Positions 1 through 8,044 are shown, counted from the first letter of the stretch. The stretch: DNA of 29,038 nucleotides from Minisyncoccota bacterium (GCA_041664605.1 JBAYKO010000009.1:1-29038), one strand, 5' to 3'. The notes: generated by a model from the sequence alone, not told the origin. Translations and numbers: made by a program.

Positions 1-2
1 AA

Positions 3-959
3 AATATTTCTGATGAAGATTTAATTCCTGAAAAAGAATCAGTACTTATTTTCACTGCTGGTGGTTATGTGAAAAGAACAGATCCATCTGAATTCAGAAC
101 CCAAAAGCGTGGTGGTGTTGGTGTTATTGATATGGAAACAAAAGAAGAAGATTTTGTTACGATGTTTTTGACAGCAAATACTCACAGCGATCTTCTTTTC
201 TTCACAAACTTAGGAAAGGCATATCAAATAAAAATGTATGAAATTCCTGAGGGAAAAAGAGCAACAAAAGGAAAATCAATTATGAATTTCTTATCTTTAG
301 CTGGTGATGAAAAAGTTACTTCTATTCTTGTTATGCCAAAGGAAGCTAAAGCAAAGACTTCTCAACTTATTCTTGTAACCAATAAAGGAACAGCTAAAAA
401 AGTTTCTTCAGATAGTTTTAAAGATGTAAGAAGAAGTGGTCTTATTGCTATTCGTCTTGAAAAAGGAGATGAATTAAAATCAGTTATTTTAGTTGAAAAA
501 GGTGATCAAATAATGCTTGCTACTTCAAAGGGACAATCAATTAGATTTAAAGAAGGAGATATTAGAGAGATGGGGAGGACTGCAGCTGGTGTTAGAGCTA
601 TTAAATTAAAAAAAGATGATTTTGTTATTGGCGTGGATTCAATCCTTAAAGATTCAAAAGAAGGAGCATTTCTTGTTATGAGTGAAAATGGTTTTGGAAA
701 AATGACAAAAATTAAAGAATATAAAGTTCAAAAGAGAGGAGGATCAGGAATTAAAACTGCAAAGATTACCACAAAAACAGGAAGTCTTATTGTTTCGAAA
801 GTTTTAAAAGAAGAAACAGAAATGATTGCTATTTCACAGAAAGGTCAAGTCATAAGAGTGGAGATTGTTTCAATCCCTTCACTTGGGAGACAAACTCAAG
901 GAGTAACAATTATGAAATTAAGACCCGGGGATAATATCGCTTCGCTTACTTGTCTTTAA
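3..959 (+). CDS. gyrA: DNA gyrase subunit A, C-terminal beta-pinwheel domain (5'-partial, runs off window start)
   Basis: The reading frame is open from the window edge. Translation shows repeated Q-(K/R)-RGG-x-G blade motifs (QKRGGVGV, VQKRGGSGI) and GyrA-box-like repeats typical of the GyrA/ParC C-terminal domain. A GTG at 69 is only an internal codon. Confidence 0.8.
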   Translation, partial: NISDEDLIPEKESVLIFTAGGYVKRTDPSEFRTQKRGGVGVIDMETKEEDFVTMFLTANTHSDLLFFTNLGKAYQIKMYEIPEGKRATKGKSIMNFLSLAGDEKVTSILVMPKEAKAKTSQLILVTNKGTAKKVSSDSFKDVRRSGLIAIRLEKGDELKSVILVEKGDQIMLATSKGQSIRFKEGDIREMGRTAAGVRAIKLKKDDFVIGVDSILKDSKEGAFLVMSENGFGKMTKIKEYKVQKRGGSGIKTAKITTKTGSLIVSKVLKEETEMIAISQKGQVIRVEIVSIPSLGRQTQGVTIMKLRPGDNIASLTCL

Positions 960-982
960 AATGTTAAAATATGAATACTTGT

Positions 983-1085
983 CCCGTTAGAAATAGCGAG
1001 GATGTAAAGTTGAAAATAAAAAATTAGGTTTATTAATTTTAAAATAATAAAGTAGTTTATGTAAAAATGAACTATTTCTAATGGG
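983..1085 (+). promoter_or_regulatory. long-range stem (14 bp, one G-U) whose 3' arm ends at position -1 of the methyltransferase start codon; copy A of a recurrent element
   Basis: 5' arm CCCGTTAGAAATAG (983-996) pairs with CTATTTCTAATGGG (1072-1085). The sequence continues ATGGGATGA, with the main ATG at 1086. Confidence 0.5.
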
Positions 1086-1622
1086 ATGATTTCTTTCTCC
1101 AATCCGGAAAATAACATAGAGCAATTTGGAATAATGGAAGGAATGAATATTGCCGACATAGGTGCTGGTTCTGGTTTTTATGCTCTCGCACTAGCGAGAA
1201 AAGTAGGGGATTCTGGTAAAATTTATGCTATTGATGTTCAGCAAGATTTACTAATTAGACTTAAAAGTGAAGCTTCAAATAAGAAACTTTTTAATGTAGA
1301 AATTATTTGGGGTGATGCAGAAAAACTAGGAGGAACAAAACTAGGAGACCATTCTATGGATATGGCTCTTGTTTCTAATATTTTATTTCAAGTTGAAAAC
1401 AAAGAAAGATTTGCAGATGAAGTGCAAAGAATTACCAAAATTGGTGGAAAAATAGTTTTAATTGATTGGTCAGATTCTTTTGGAGGAATGGGGCCTCAAG
1501 AAAAAGATGTTTTAGGTAAAGAAGCGGCAGTATTACTTTTTCGAAAAAGAAATTTTGTTTTGGAAAAAGAAGTAGATGTTGGGTCCCATCATTATGGTAT
1601 AATTTTAAAGAAAGAATCATAA
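1086..1622 (+). CDS. class I SAM-dependent methyltransferase
   Basis: Motif I DIGAGSGFYALALA (the GxGxG SAM-binding loop), a downstream acidic IDVQ motif, and a fold-typical length of 178 aa. Confidence 0.75.
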   Translation: MISFSNPENNIEQFGIMEGMNIADIGAGSGFYALALARKVGDSGKIYAIDVQQDLLIRLKSEASNKKLFNVEIIWGDAEKLGGTKLGDHSMDMALVSNILFQVENKERFADEVQRITKIGGKIVLIDWSDSFGGMGPQEKDVLGKEAAVLLFRKRNFVLEKEVDVGSHHYGIILKKES

Positions 1623-1635
1623 AAAATTAATGAAT

Positions 1636-1763
1636 CCCGTAGTAGATTTTTAAATGATTGCGGGGCAATGAATTATAAATATAGACAAAAAGTCGCTTAG
1701 AATAATAGATGTAATAAAAAATTAAGATTTGTTTTTAAAAACAATTTAAAAATTCACTACGGG
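1636..1763 (+). promoter_or_regulatory. long-range stem (16 bp, 1 mismatch, 1 G-U) ending in GGG immediately before the solute-binding-protein ATG; variant copy C
   Basis: CCCGTAGTAGATTTTT (1636-1651) pairs with AAAAATTCACTACGGG (1748-1763). ATGA follows at 1764. Confidence 0.45.
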
Positions 1764-3092
1764 ATGAAAAATTTTCAAATAATATTAATAGGAGTTTTTA
1801 TTTTTTTTCTAGTTTTAGCCGTGCTGATATTTTCTGGGACAATTCCTATTGGAAGTAAGGGTACTGTCTCTGGTGTGTCTGGTAATGTTGTTATGTGGGG
1901 GACAACAGACAAAAATATTATTCGGGCTGTTACTGAAACTATTAATTCTAAATATGAAAAATCAAATATTTCTGTTAAATATGAGCAAAAAAATATTAAC
2001 ACATTTGATCAGGAATTAATCGAAGCATTAGCATCGGGGACTGGTCCTGATTTGGTACTATTGCCAAATGATTTAATTATCAAATATTTAGATAAAGTTT
2101 TTATAACTCCGTATGCAAATTACCCTAAAAGAACATTTATGGATACATTTATAAGTGAAGGGAATATTTGTTTAACTACAACAGGCATCAGTGCTTTTCC
2201 GTTAGTTGTTGATCCTCTGGTTATGTATTACAACAAAGATTTTTTTGAAGATGCTGGCATTGCTAAACCACCAGAAAATTGGGATGAATTTAAAGCGGTT
2301 TCATCTTTGTTAACTAAAAAAGAATCTGGTTATAAACTTTTAAAAAGTGGTGCTGCATTAGGAGAATTTGATAATATTAAAAATGCCAAAGACATAATTT
2401 CAATGTTATTACTTCAAACTGGTAATCCAATTGTTGCTATAGGAAAAGATAATTCTTTGGTTTCGACACTTGGTTCAACTTTTGGTCAGAACCTACAAAA
2501 TAATGGTGATCAAGCAGTTGGATTTTATATGGAATTTTCTAACTCTAATTCCAAGTCATACTCTTGGAGTAAATCTATGAGTCTAGACAGAGATGCTTTT
2601 GTTGCTGGTGATTTAGCAATATATTTTGGATATGCAAGTGAATTATTTGATTTAAGAAATAGAAATTCTAATTTAAATTTTGATGTTGCCAAAGTTCCAC
2701 AAATAAAAGATTATGATCAAAAAGCAACTTTTGGAAAGATGACATCAGTTTCTATTATGAAAAATTCTAAAAATATAAACACTGCTTATTATATAGCAAG
2801 TATTATCTCTAGTCCTGAATATATTGGTTATTTATCAAAAAGTTCTTCCATTTCTCCTGCTAGAAGAGATTTACTTACAATAAGTTCTGAAAGTAAAAGT
2901 GACCCATATATTTCTATCTTTTATAATTCAGCTTTAATTTCAAAAGGTTGGCTTGATCCACAGTCAAGTAAAACTGATGGGATTTTTATTAAAATGATAA
3001 ACAATATAAGTTCAGGTAGATCGTATACTGCTGATGCTGTTTCAGATGCATCAGATGAACTTGATATTTTATTAAAGAGTATAAAAATATGA
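1764..3092 (+). CDS. extracellular solute-binding protein family 1-like (ABC-type sugar-binding-like), N-terminally membrane anchored
   Basis: N-terminal TM helix (ILIGVFIFFLVLAVLIF), then a roughly 400-aa periplasmic-binding-protein-like region (DLVLLPNDLI, YYNKDFFEDAGI, PENWDEF). Its stop codon TGA overlaps the next gene's ATG as ATGA. Confidence 0.6.
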   Translation: MKNFQIILIGVFIFFLVLAVLIFSGTIPIGSKGTVSGVSGNVVMWGTTDKNIIRAVTETINSKYEKSNISVKYEQKNINTFDQELIEALASGTGPDLVLLPNDLIIKYLDKVFITPYANYPKRTFMDTFISEGNICLTTTGISAFPLVVDPLVMYYNKDFFEDAGIAKPPENWDEFKAVSSLLTKKESGYKLLKSGAALGEFDNIKNAKDIISMLLLQTGNPIVAIGKDNSLVSTLGSTFGQNLQNNGDQAVGFYMEFSNSNSKSYSWSKSMSLDRDAFVAGDLAIYFGYASELFDLRNRNSNLNFDVAKVPQIKDYDQKATFGKMTSVSIMKNSKNINTAYYIASIISSPEYIGYLSKSSSISPARRDLLTISSESKSDPYISIFYNSALISKGWLDPQSSKTDGIFIKMINNISSGRSYTADAVSDASDELDILLKSIKI

Positions 3093-3466
3093 TAAAAAAT
3101 AAAAAAGTTTTTTCAATATTACTTATCGCAGTTTTTCTTTTTCCTATTGTTTCTTTTTCTGCTGGACTAATTCCATGTGGTGGGACGGGTGAACCAAAAT
3201 GTGATTTTTCTCAATTAATGATTCTAGTAAAAAATTTCATTAACTTTCTACTTTTTGATTTAGCAATGCCACTTGCCGCTATTGCATTTGCTTATGCCGG
3301 ATATCTATATATGTCTTCTGGTGGTGATACAAAAAACACAACCAAAGCTAAAAATATATTTAAAGATGTCTTATTTGGGTTTGTTCTAGCTTTATCTGCT
3401 TGGCTTATTGTGACTGCAATTCTTACAGGTTTTGGATTAAAAGATGGGTTTAGTTTTTTAAAGTAA
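3089..3466 (+). CDS. small secreted two-TM protein, TrbC/VirB2-type T4SS-pilin-like (paralog 1)
   Basis: Signal peptide, Cys pair (CGGTGEPKC), then two hydrophobic helices separated by a short polar K-rich loop. The start overlaps the upstream stop. Confidence 0.55.
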   Translation: MIKNKKVFSILLIAVFLFPIVSFSAGLIPCGGTGEPKCDFSQLMILVKNFINFLLFDLAMPLAAIAFAYAGYLYMSSGGDTKNTTKAKNIFKDVLFGFVLALSAWLIVTAILTGFGLKDGFSFLK

Positions 3467-3523
3467 ATTATTAGTAATTTCCGCCCAAGGCGGATCAGCC
3501 TAGGGCTGAAATTTTATAACGAT

Positions 3524-3961
3524 ATGAAAAACATTATTCGAAAAATTTCCTGGATAAGTTTAGGTTTTATAATGCTTATACCAAGTCTTATAGTAAGAGC
3601 AAAAGAGGAAACTGGAGATATATCAGGTGGTACTGGGGCAACTGATGTGGCAGGGGGAACGGGAACAGATGCTTCTTCGGCCACAACTATTATACTTGAA
3701 AATCCTATTCAGCCAGATACAATTCAAGAATTTATTAAGTATGTATTAAATATAGTTTTAACAATTGGTGTTCCTGTTATCGCTTTATTTATTATCTATT
3801 CAGGATTTCTTTTTGTTAAAGCTCAAGGAGATCCCGGTAAATTGAAAACAGCCAAGGCTACTTTTTTATACACAGTTATTGGAGCTGCGATTCTTCTTGG
3901 TGCATGGGTTTTGGCTCAAGCAATAGGTGGAACAATTGAACAAATTAAAACTGGTGTCTAG
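3524..3961 (+). CDS. small secreted two-TM protein, TrbC/VirB2-type pilin-like (paralog 2)
   Basis: Signal peptide, a Gly/Thr-rich variable segment, then a helix - charged loop (KAQGDPGKLKTAK) - helix architecture. Confidence 0.5.
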   Translation: MKNIIRKISWISLGFIMLIPSLIVRAKEETGDISGGTGATDVAGGTGTDASSATTIILENPIQPDTIQEFIKYVLNIVLTIGVPVIALFIIYSGFLFVKAQGDPGKLKTAKATFLYTVIGAAILLGAWVLAQAIGGTIEQIKTGV

Positions 3962-3997
3962 GATTAAAATTATTTATTTAACAAGATAAAAAATAAC

Positions 3998-4390
3998 ATG
4001 AAAAAAATAATAAAAAAAATAGCCTTACTTCAAATATTGTATTTATTACCAATATTTAGCTTTGCACAGGTTGTGGTTCAACCAGCGGTGGCGAAAACTG
4101 ATTGTTTTTCTAAACCCGACAATTTAGGTGATCTTATTTCCACAGCAACTTGTACAATAAGAGTATATTTAATTCCTCTTATGTTCTCTTTGGCTTTATT
4201 GATATTTATTTATGGAGTAGTTTGGTATATCTGGAAAGGAAAGGATAGTAAAGAACAAGAAGAAGGGAAAAAATTTATGCTTTGGGGAATAATTGCACTC
4301 TTTGTTATGGTTTCTGTTTGGGGAATAGTCTCAATTCTTACTAATACTTTTGGCTTAGGAACTGTCTTTATTCCACAGTTACAACAATAG
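3998..4390 (+). CDS. small secreted two-TM protein, TrbC/VirB2-type pilin-like (paralog 3)
   Basis: Signal peptide, Cys pair, and a conserved C-terminal module W-GIIALFVMVSVWGIVSILTNTFGLG shared with paralogs 4 and 5. Confidence 0.6.
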   Translation: MKKIIKKIALLQILYLLPIFSFAQVVVQPAVAKTDCFSKPDNLGDLISTATCTIRVYLIPLMFSLALLIFIYGVVWYIWKGKDSKEQEEGKKFMLWGIIALFVMVSVWGIVSILTNTFGLGTVFIPQLQQ

Positions 4391-4416
4391 GAAAATTGTT
4401 TTATGTTATATGGATT

Positions 4417-4484
4417 ACCATATAACAACGGCACTCGAACAAAATAATAATAAATTCTTGTTTTGCTTCTCGTTTGTTGTTATA
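4417..4484 (+). repeat. 68-bp unit with 9-11 bp terminal inverted repeats (TATAACAAC...GTTGTTATA), copy 1 of a perfect tandem duplication
   Basis: Identical to 4503-4570 and separated from it by an 18-nt spacer. Lies in the intergenic region inside the pilin-like array. Confidence 0.8.
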
Positions 4485-4502
4485 TGTTTTTTCAGGAGAA
4501 AA

Positions 4503-4570
4503 ACCATATAACAACGGCACTCGAACAAAATAATAATAAATTCTTGTTTTGCTTCTCGTTTGTTGTTATA
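4503..4570 (+). repeat. 68-bp unit, copy 2 of the tandem duplication
   Basis: 100% identical to 4417-4484. Confidence 0.8.
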
Positions 4571-4639
4571 ATTAAGTAAGCCTAAAAATTAGGGAATTGG
4601 TCAATTATTATTAGCTAATTATTAATTAATTATTTTAAA

Positions 4640-5011
4640 ATGAATAAAATAAAAAAAGTATTTTCATTTTTGATTCCGAGTCTTGTTTTCTTGCCAGTTG
4701 TAGCATTTGCTCAAATATTACCTTCACAGAGTACCGATGCCACTGACGTTTTGGTTATAGTTAAGAATATTATAAACACAATAATCCCTATCGCTATTGC
4801 TCTTGGAGTAGTTTACTTCATTTTTGGTGTTATCAAATATGTTACTGCAAAGGATGATAAATCAAAACAAGAAGCTAGAGATGTTATGATCTATGGTATC
4901 ATCGGTCTCTTCGTTATAGTTTCAATTTGGGGATTGGTTGCTATTCTTAATAATACCTTTGGAGTTGGACAAGGAGGAACAATTCAAAATATTCCAGGTG
5001 TTATAGACTAA
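4640..5011 (+). CDS. small secreted two-TM protein, TrbC/VirB2-type pilin-like (paralog 4)
   Basis: Signal peptide, then a helix - KDDKSKQEARD loop - IYGIIGLFVIVSIWGLVAILNNTFGVG module. Clear paralog of the 3998 and 5028 genes. Confidence 0.6.
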   Translation: MNKIKKVFSFLIPSLVFLPVVAFAQILPSQSTDATDVLVIVKNIINTIIPIAIALGVVYFIFGVIKYVTAKDDKSKQEARDVMIYGIIGLFVIVSIWGLVAILNNTFGVGQGGTIQNIPGVID

Positions 5012-5027
5012 TAGAATAAATACTCAA

Positions 5028-5387
5028 ATGATGTTTTTATTTACAAATGTTGCTGGTGCTGCTACTTTAGCTAGTTTGATGAAGACTATAAACAAAGTTA
5101 TTATCAATCCAGTTATTATTCTTGTTTTTGCCCTAGCTCTAATATTCTTTCTTTATGGGGTTTTTGAATATGTCTTAAACCAAACAAAAGACGATAAAAG
5201 ATCTCAGGGGAGACAGCATATGTTGTGGGGACTCATAGGTATGTTTATAATGGTTTCAGTTTTTCTTATAATGGGTATTATAATGAATACCTTTGGAATA
5301 GAAGGAATTAATCCAAAAGCAGGAACTGTAGATTTGCCATCCTCAAAAACATTTGATGTGCTTGATATAAACACTGGAACTCAGTAA
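5028..5387 (+). CDS. small two-TM protein, TrbC/VirB2-type pilin-like (paralog 5, short N-terminus)
   Basis: Carries the same C-terminal module (LWGLIGMFIMVSVFLIMGIIMNTFGIEG). It starts 17 nt after paralog 4. Confidence 0.55.
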   Translation: MMFLFTNVAGAATLASLMKTINKVIINPVIILVFALALIFFLYGVFEYVLNQTKDDKRSQGRQHMLWGLIGMFIMVSVFLIMGIIMNTFGIEGINPKAGTVDLPSSKTFDVLDINTGTQ

Positions 5388-5409
5388 ATAACTAAGAAAA
5401 AGAAAAAGA

Positions 5410-5441
5410 AAAACCCTCCGACTTAGGTCGGAGGGTTTTTT
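5410..5441. terminator. bidirectional intrinsic terminator between convergent genes
   Basis: AAAA-CCCTCCGAC-TTAG-GTCGGAGGG-TTTTTT: a perfect 9-bp GC-rich stem flanked by an A-run and a T-run. Confidence 0.7.
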
Positions 5442-5458
5442 GTGAAGAACAATAAGAA

Positions 5459-6199
5459 CTATTTTAGTTTTTTGGGCCAAGTTTTTACGCTGGCCGTAAA
5501 ACCTTTTCCACAAAGTGATTGAAAATAAAAACTTCCAGGGTGTAAGAATTTTCCAATGTTGGTTGTCTTCCCTGGTATTTTTTCGAATTTGATAATAGTG
5601 TCACTCGGTGTTTTTATATTTGTACTTCTTCCACCAAGATTGAAACTAAAATCATACTGTTCGTAAATTGTAATAGGGTCTGACCAACCATCTACGGGAA
5701 CATAAAAAGTAAACTCTTTTGTTCCATCGGAATAATCTTTCTCTTTGGTTGTGTTGCAACTAAATCCTCCTGTTCCAAAGATGAAAAGTATAATAAGTGC
5801 AATCAGTAACCAGAATACATTAATGTTGTATGAATAGATGTATACCAACATCAATGTGATTAGGCTCAATTCGAAAATCCAAAAATTTAGACTTCCAACA
5901 TAATATCCGTCGCCAGTTATTTTTGCCCATCTTTCTGGCCAAACTTTAGCAACGAGAACATTGATAACAAGGAAACAAAGAATTGCAACAATTATTTTTC
6001 CTATGGGGATCTTTTTTGCATCTTTTTTCTTTTCATCCTTCGTTTTTTCTTCCTTTTTCTTTTCTGGTTTAGGTTCCTCGTTTTTAGGTTTTAACGAATC
6101 ACTTTCTTTTTTAGGAGATTTATCCCGAGAGATAAACCAGAAAATAGCGAAGGCCAAAATTACAAAAAAGGGAATAATGTAAGGTTTAATTTCATCCAT
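5459..6199 (-). CDS. hypothetical polytopic membrane protein with Lys/Glu-rich low-complexity linker (possibly NfeD-like partner of the SPFH protein)
   Basis: GGAGG Shine-Dalgarno sequence 9 nt upstream. N-terminal TM, then a KPKNEEPKPEKKKEEKTKDEKKKDAKK linker, further TMs and a C-terminal soluble domain. It lies 18 nt downstream of the SPFH gene on the same strand. Confidence 0.5.
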   Translation of the reverse strand: MDEIKPYIIPFFVILAFAIFWFISRDKSPKKESDSLKPKNEEPKPEKKKEEKTKDEKKKDAKKIPIGKIIVAILCFLVINVLVAKVWPERWAKITGDGYYVGSLNFWIFELSLITLMLVYIYSYNINVFWLLIALIILFIFGTGGFSCNTTKEKDYSDGTKEFTFYVPVDGWSDPITIYEQYDFSFNLGGRSTNIKTPSDTIIKFEKIPGKTTNIGKFLHPGSFYFQSLCGKGFTASVKTWPKKLK

Positions 6200-6216
6200 T
6201 TTTCATTTCCTCCATT

Positions 6217-7320
6217 TTAATGAATTAAAGTTCCTGGATCATCGTCAGCCAAAAAACTGCTTAGGGGAAGAGATGTTTTTAAATCAGATCCTCCTAATGA
6301 AATAACCCTTAAGCCAGTATTCTTTGCTAAAGCTTCAGCAAAAGCTACTGCGACCGTTCTTCCATCCTTAGTTTTTATGGCGTACTTTTCTTTAAGTACA
6401 TCATTCTCAGCTTTTCCAATGTCTCCAATTTTTGTAGCTTCTGCACTTCCTGTTTTTTTGATTTTTTCAGCTTCTGCGTCAGCTCCTATTTTTTTGGTTT
6501 CAGCTTCAAGTTCAGCTCTTATGATTCCGGATTTTTTTTCATACTCTGCTTTTGGAACTTCATCCATCGCAGTTATGATTTTTTTATCAATTCCCGCGTC
6601 TGTCATTTTGACACTGACAATCTCTAACCCCCAATCATGAGGAACCGAAGTGGTATCACCAACTAATTTTTTCATAGCGGTAAAGAGTATTCCGTTAATT
6701 TCTTCCCAATCCTTTAATATATCTTTGGGACATTTTGAAATAAAGGCCGGATAAAGAGCTCCTTGAACACTGTCACTTAATTGTGGAAGTAATTTTTCTA
6801 ATTCTCCAACAACTTTAATGAAAGTTGAATAAGATTTGATTCTAAATCTTACAACAACTCTTGGCTTTAAGATCATTGTATTTTCCAAAGGATCTTTAGG
6901 GTCTACTAATTTTCCAGTAGGAATTTTAAATGGGGGAACTTTTCCTTCAGGAATGTTGCCATCCTCATCATAAATTTTACCTGGTTCTGCTGGAAATTCT
7001 ACACTTAGAGTTAATCCGCCATTTTTCAAAACTTTAAGCTTGCATATCCATAATGGAATCCAAGGTGAAGCTCCTGCTTCTGTATCTTTAATAGGTTTAT
7101 TAAAGAATAAAACAGTAGCAACATCAGAGGGACCTACTCCTCTTTTTCCTTTTCTCCAACTTCCAAATATATAAAATATTTGAAAGATTAATAAGAGATG
7201 AGAAATTGATCCCCATTCTTTTGAAAGCCCAGGATAATGTTTATCCCAGAAAATGTAATCTGTGATAGCGAAGATTATCAATATGATAATCCAAGTAAAC
7301 AATAAAATGTTCTTTTTCAT
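6217..7320 (-). CDS. SPFH/band-7 (stomatin/prohibitin/HflK-like) family membrane protein
   Basis: N-terminal TM, an SPFH core (WGLEIVSVKMTD...ITAMDEVPKAEYEKKSGIIRAELEAETKKIGADAEAEKIKK), and an Ala/Glu-rich coiled tail typical of the family. Confidence 0.75.
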   Translation of the reverse strand: MKKNILLFTWIIILIIFAITDYIFWDKHYPGLSKEWGSISHLLLIFQIFYIFGSWRKGKRGVGPSDVATVLFFNKPIKDTEAGASPWIPLWICKLKVLKNGGLTLSVEFPAEPGKIYDEDGNIPEGKVPPFKIPTGKLVDPKDPLENTMILKPRVVVRFRIKSYSTFIKVVGELEKLLPQLSDSVQGALYPAFISKCPKDILKDWEEINGILFTAMKKLVGDTTSVPHDWGLEIVSVKMTDAGIDKKIITAMDEVPKAEYEKKSGIIRAELEAETKKIGADAEAEKIKKTGSAEATKIGDIGKAENDVLKEKYAIKTKDGRTVAVAFAEALAKNTGLRVISLGGSDLKTSLPLSSFLADDDPGTLIH

Positions 7321-7471
7321 ATTTCTTATTTTAAGTGAGCTTATTTTTTATCTGGCTCAATTATACAGTAAAAATTATAAAAGTCAACCCAAACACACCT
7401 ATTTAAAAACTGTAAAATAAGTGTGTGGGTAAAGCAAAAAACATCCTTATTAAAAGGTGTTTTTTATTGAT

Positions 7472-7492
7472 TTGTGCCGGGAAGAGGACTCG
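7472..7492 (-). repeat. 21-nt duplicate of the 3' end of tRNA-Leu(UAG), located 109 bp downstream of the real 3' end
   Basis: TTGTGCCGGGAAGAGGACTCG at 7472-7492 is identical to 7581-7601. Confidence 0.7.
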
Positions 7493-7504
7493 GTCACAAA
7501 TATT

Positions 7505-7538
7505 TTTCTGTTAAAAAATTTTGCGACCCCGCCTCGCG
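7505..7538 (+). repeat. GC-rich roughly 33-nt intergenic repeat, copy 1 (family TTYCTGYTRAMAAAATWT-GCGACCCCGCCTCG)
   Basis: Similar to 7951-7983 and 8045-8078, with partial copies at 7547-7560 and 8021-8041. GC-rich islands in an AT-rich background. Confidence 0.5.
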
Positions 7539-7583
7539 CCGTCGCGCTCCGGCTTTCTCGTTTTGGCACAAATTATTAACTTG

Positions 7584-7665
7584 TGCCGGGAAGAGGACTC
7601 GAACCTCCATGGGTCACCCCGCTTGCTCCTAAGGCAAGTGCGTCTACCAATTTCGCCATCCCGGC
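7584..7665 (-). tRNA. tRNA-Leu (anticodon UAG), type II with long variable arm
   Basis: The reverse complement folds as a cloverleaf: acceptor GCCGGGA/UCCCGGC, anticodon loop CUUAGGA, long variable arm, T-loop TTCGAGT, discriminator A. CCA is not encoded. Confidence 0.85.
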
Positions 7666-7730
7666 ATTTATATTTTTTTATATTTTTTAATCTTTCCCTA
7701 TACAAGCACAAAAGTCAAATACGCTTACTC

Positions 7731-7753
7731 ATTTCGCCATCCCGGCATTTATA
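7731..7753 (-). repeat. 23-nt duplicate of the 5' end of tRNA-Leu(UAG) plus its upstream flank, about 81 bp upstream of the real 5' end
   Basis: ATTTCGCCATCCCGGCATTTATA at 7731-7753 is identical to 7650-7672. Confidence 0.7.
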
Positions 7754-7950
7754 TAGATAAATATAGCAAAATGTTAGCCTTAAAACAATGTTGTCATCAT
7801 AAATAATTTTCTCGCCGTCGCTCGAAAATTTTCACGAATCTTACAGATTCAGTACACCTTTTGGATATTTTAATTCACAAAGTTTTTAAAATATCTCAAA
7901 AGGTCTTTCATTTGGGTTCCAACCCAAATTTCAACCTGCCTTGTCTATTT

Positions 7951-7983
7951 TTCCTGCTGAAAAAATATGACTCCGGCTCGGAC
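7951..7983 (+). repeat. GC-rich roughly 33-nt intergenic repeat, copy 2
   Basis: TTCCTGCTGAAAAAATATGACTCCGGCTCGGAC compared with TTTTCTGCTGACAAAATATCGCTCCGCCTCGGAC at 8045-8078. Confidence 0.5.
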
Positions 7984-8044
7984 GCTGTCGTCACAAATAA
8001 TTCCTCGTCGTCACTCGGAATTTTCGCGACCCCGGCTCGCGATT

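Noticed and set aside
4417-4570. Possible CRISPR array
   Set aside because: Only two repeat units of 68 bp with a single 18-nt spacer. The unit is too long and there are too few copies. No cas genes are present.
956-6640. Small antisense ORFs 956..1159(-), 1432..1620(-), 1775..2002(-), 4210..4434(-), 5961..6182(+), 6377..6640(+)
   Set aside because: Each overlaps a better-supported gene on the opposite strand or a structured intergenic element. Translations are low complexity.
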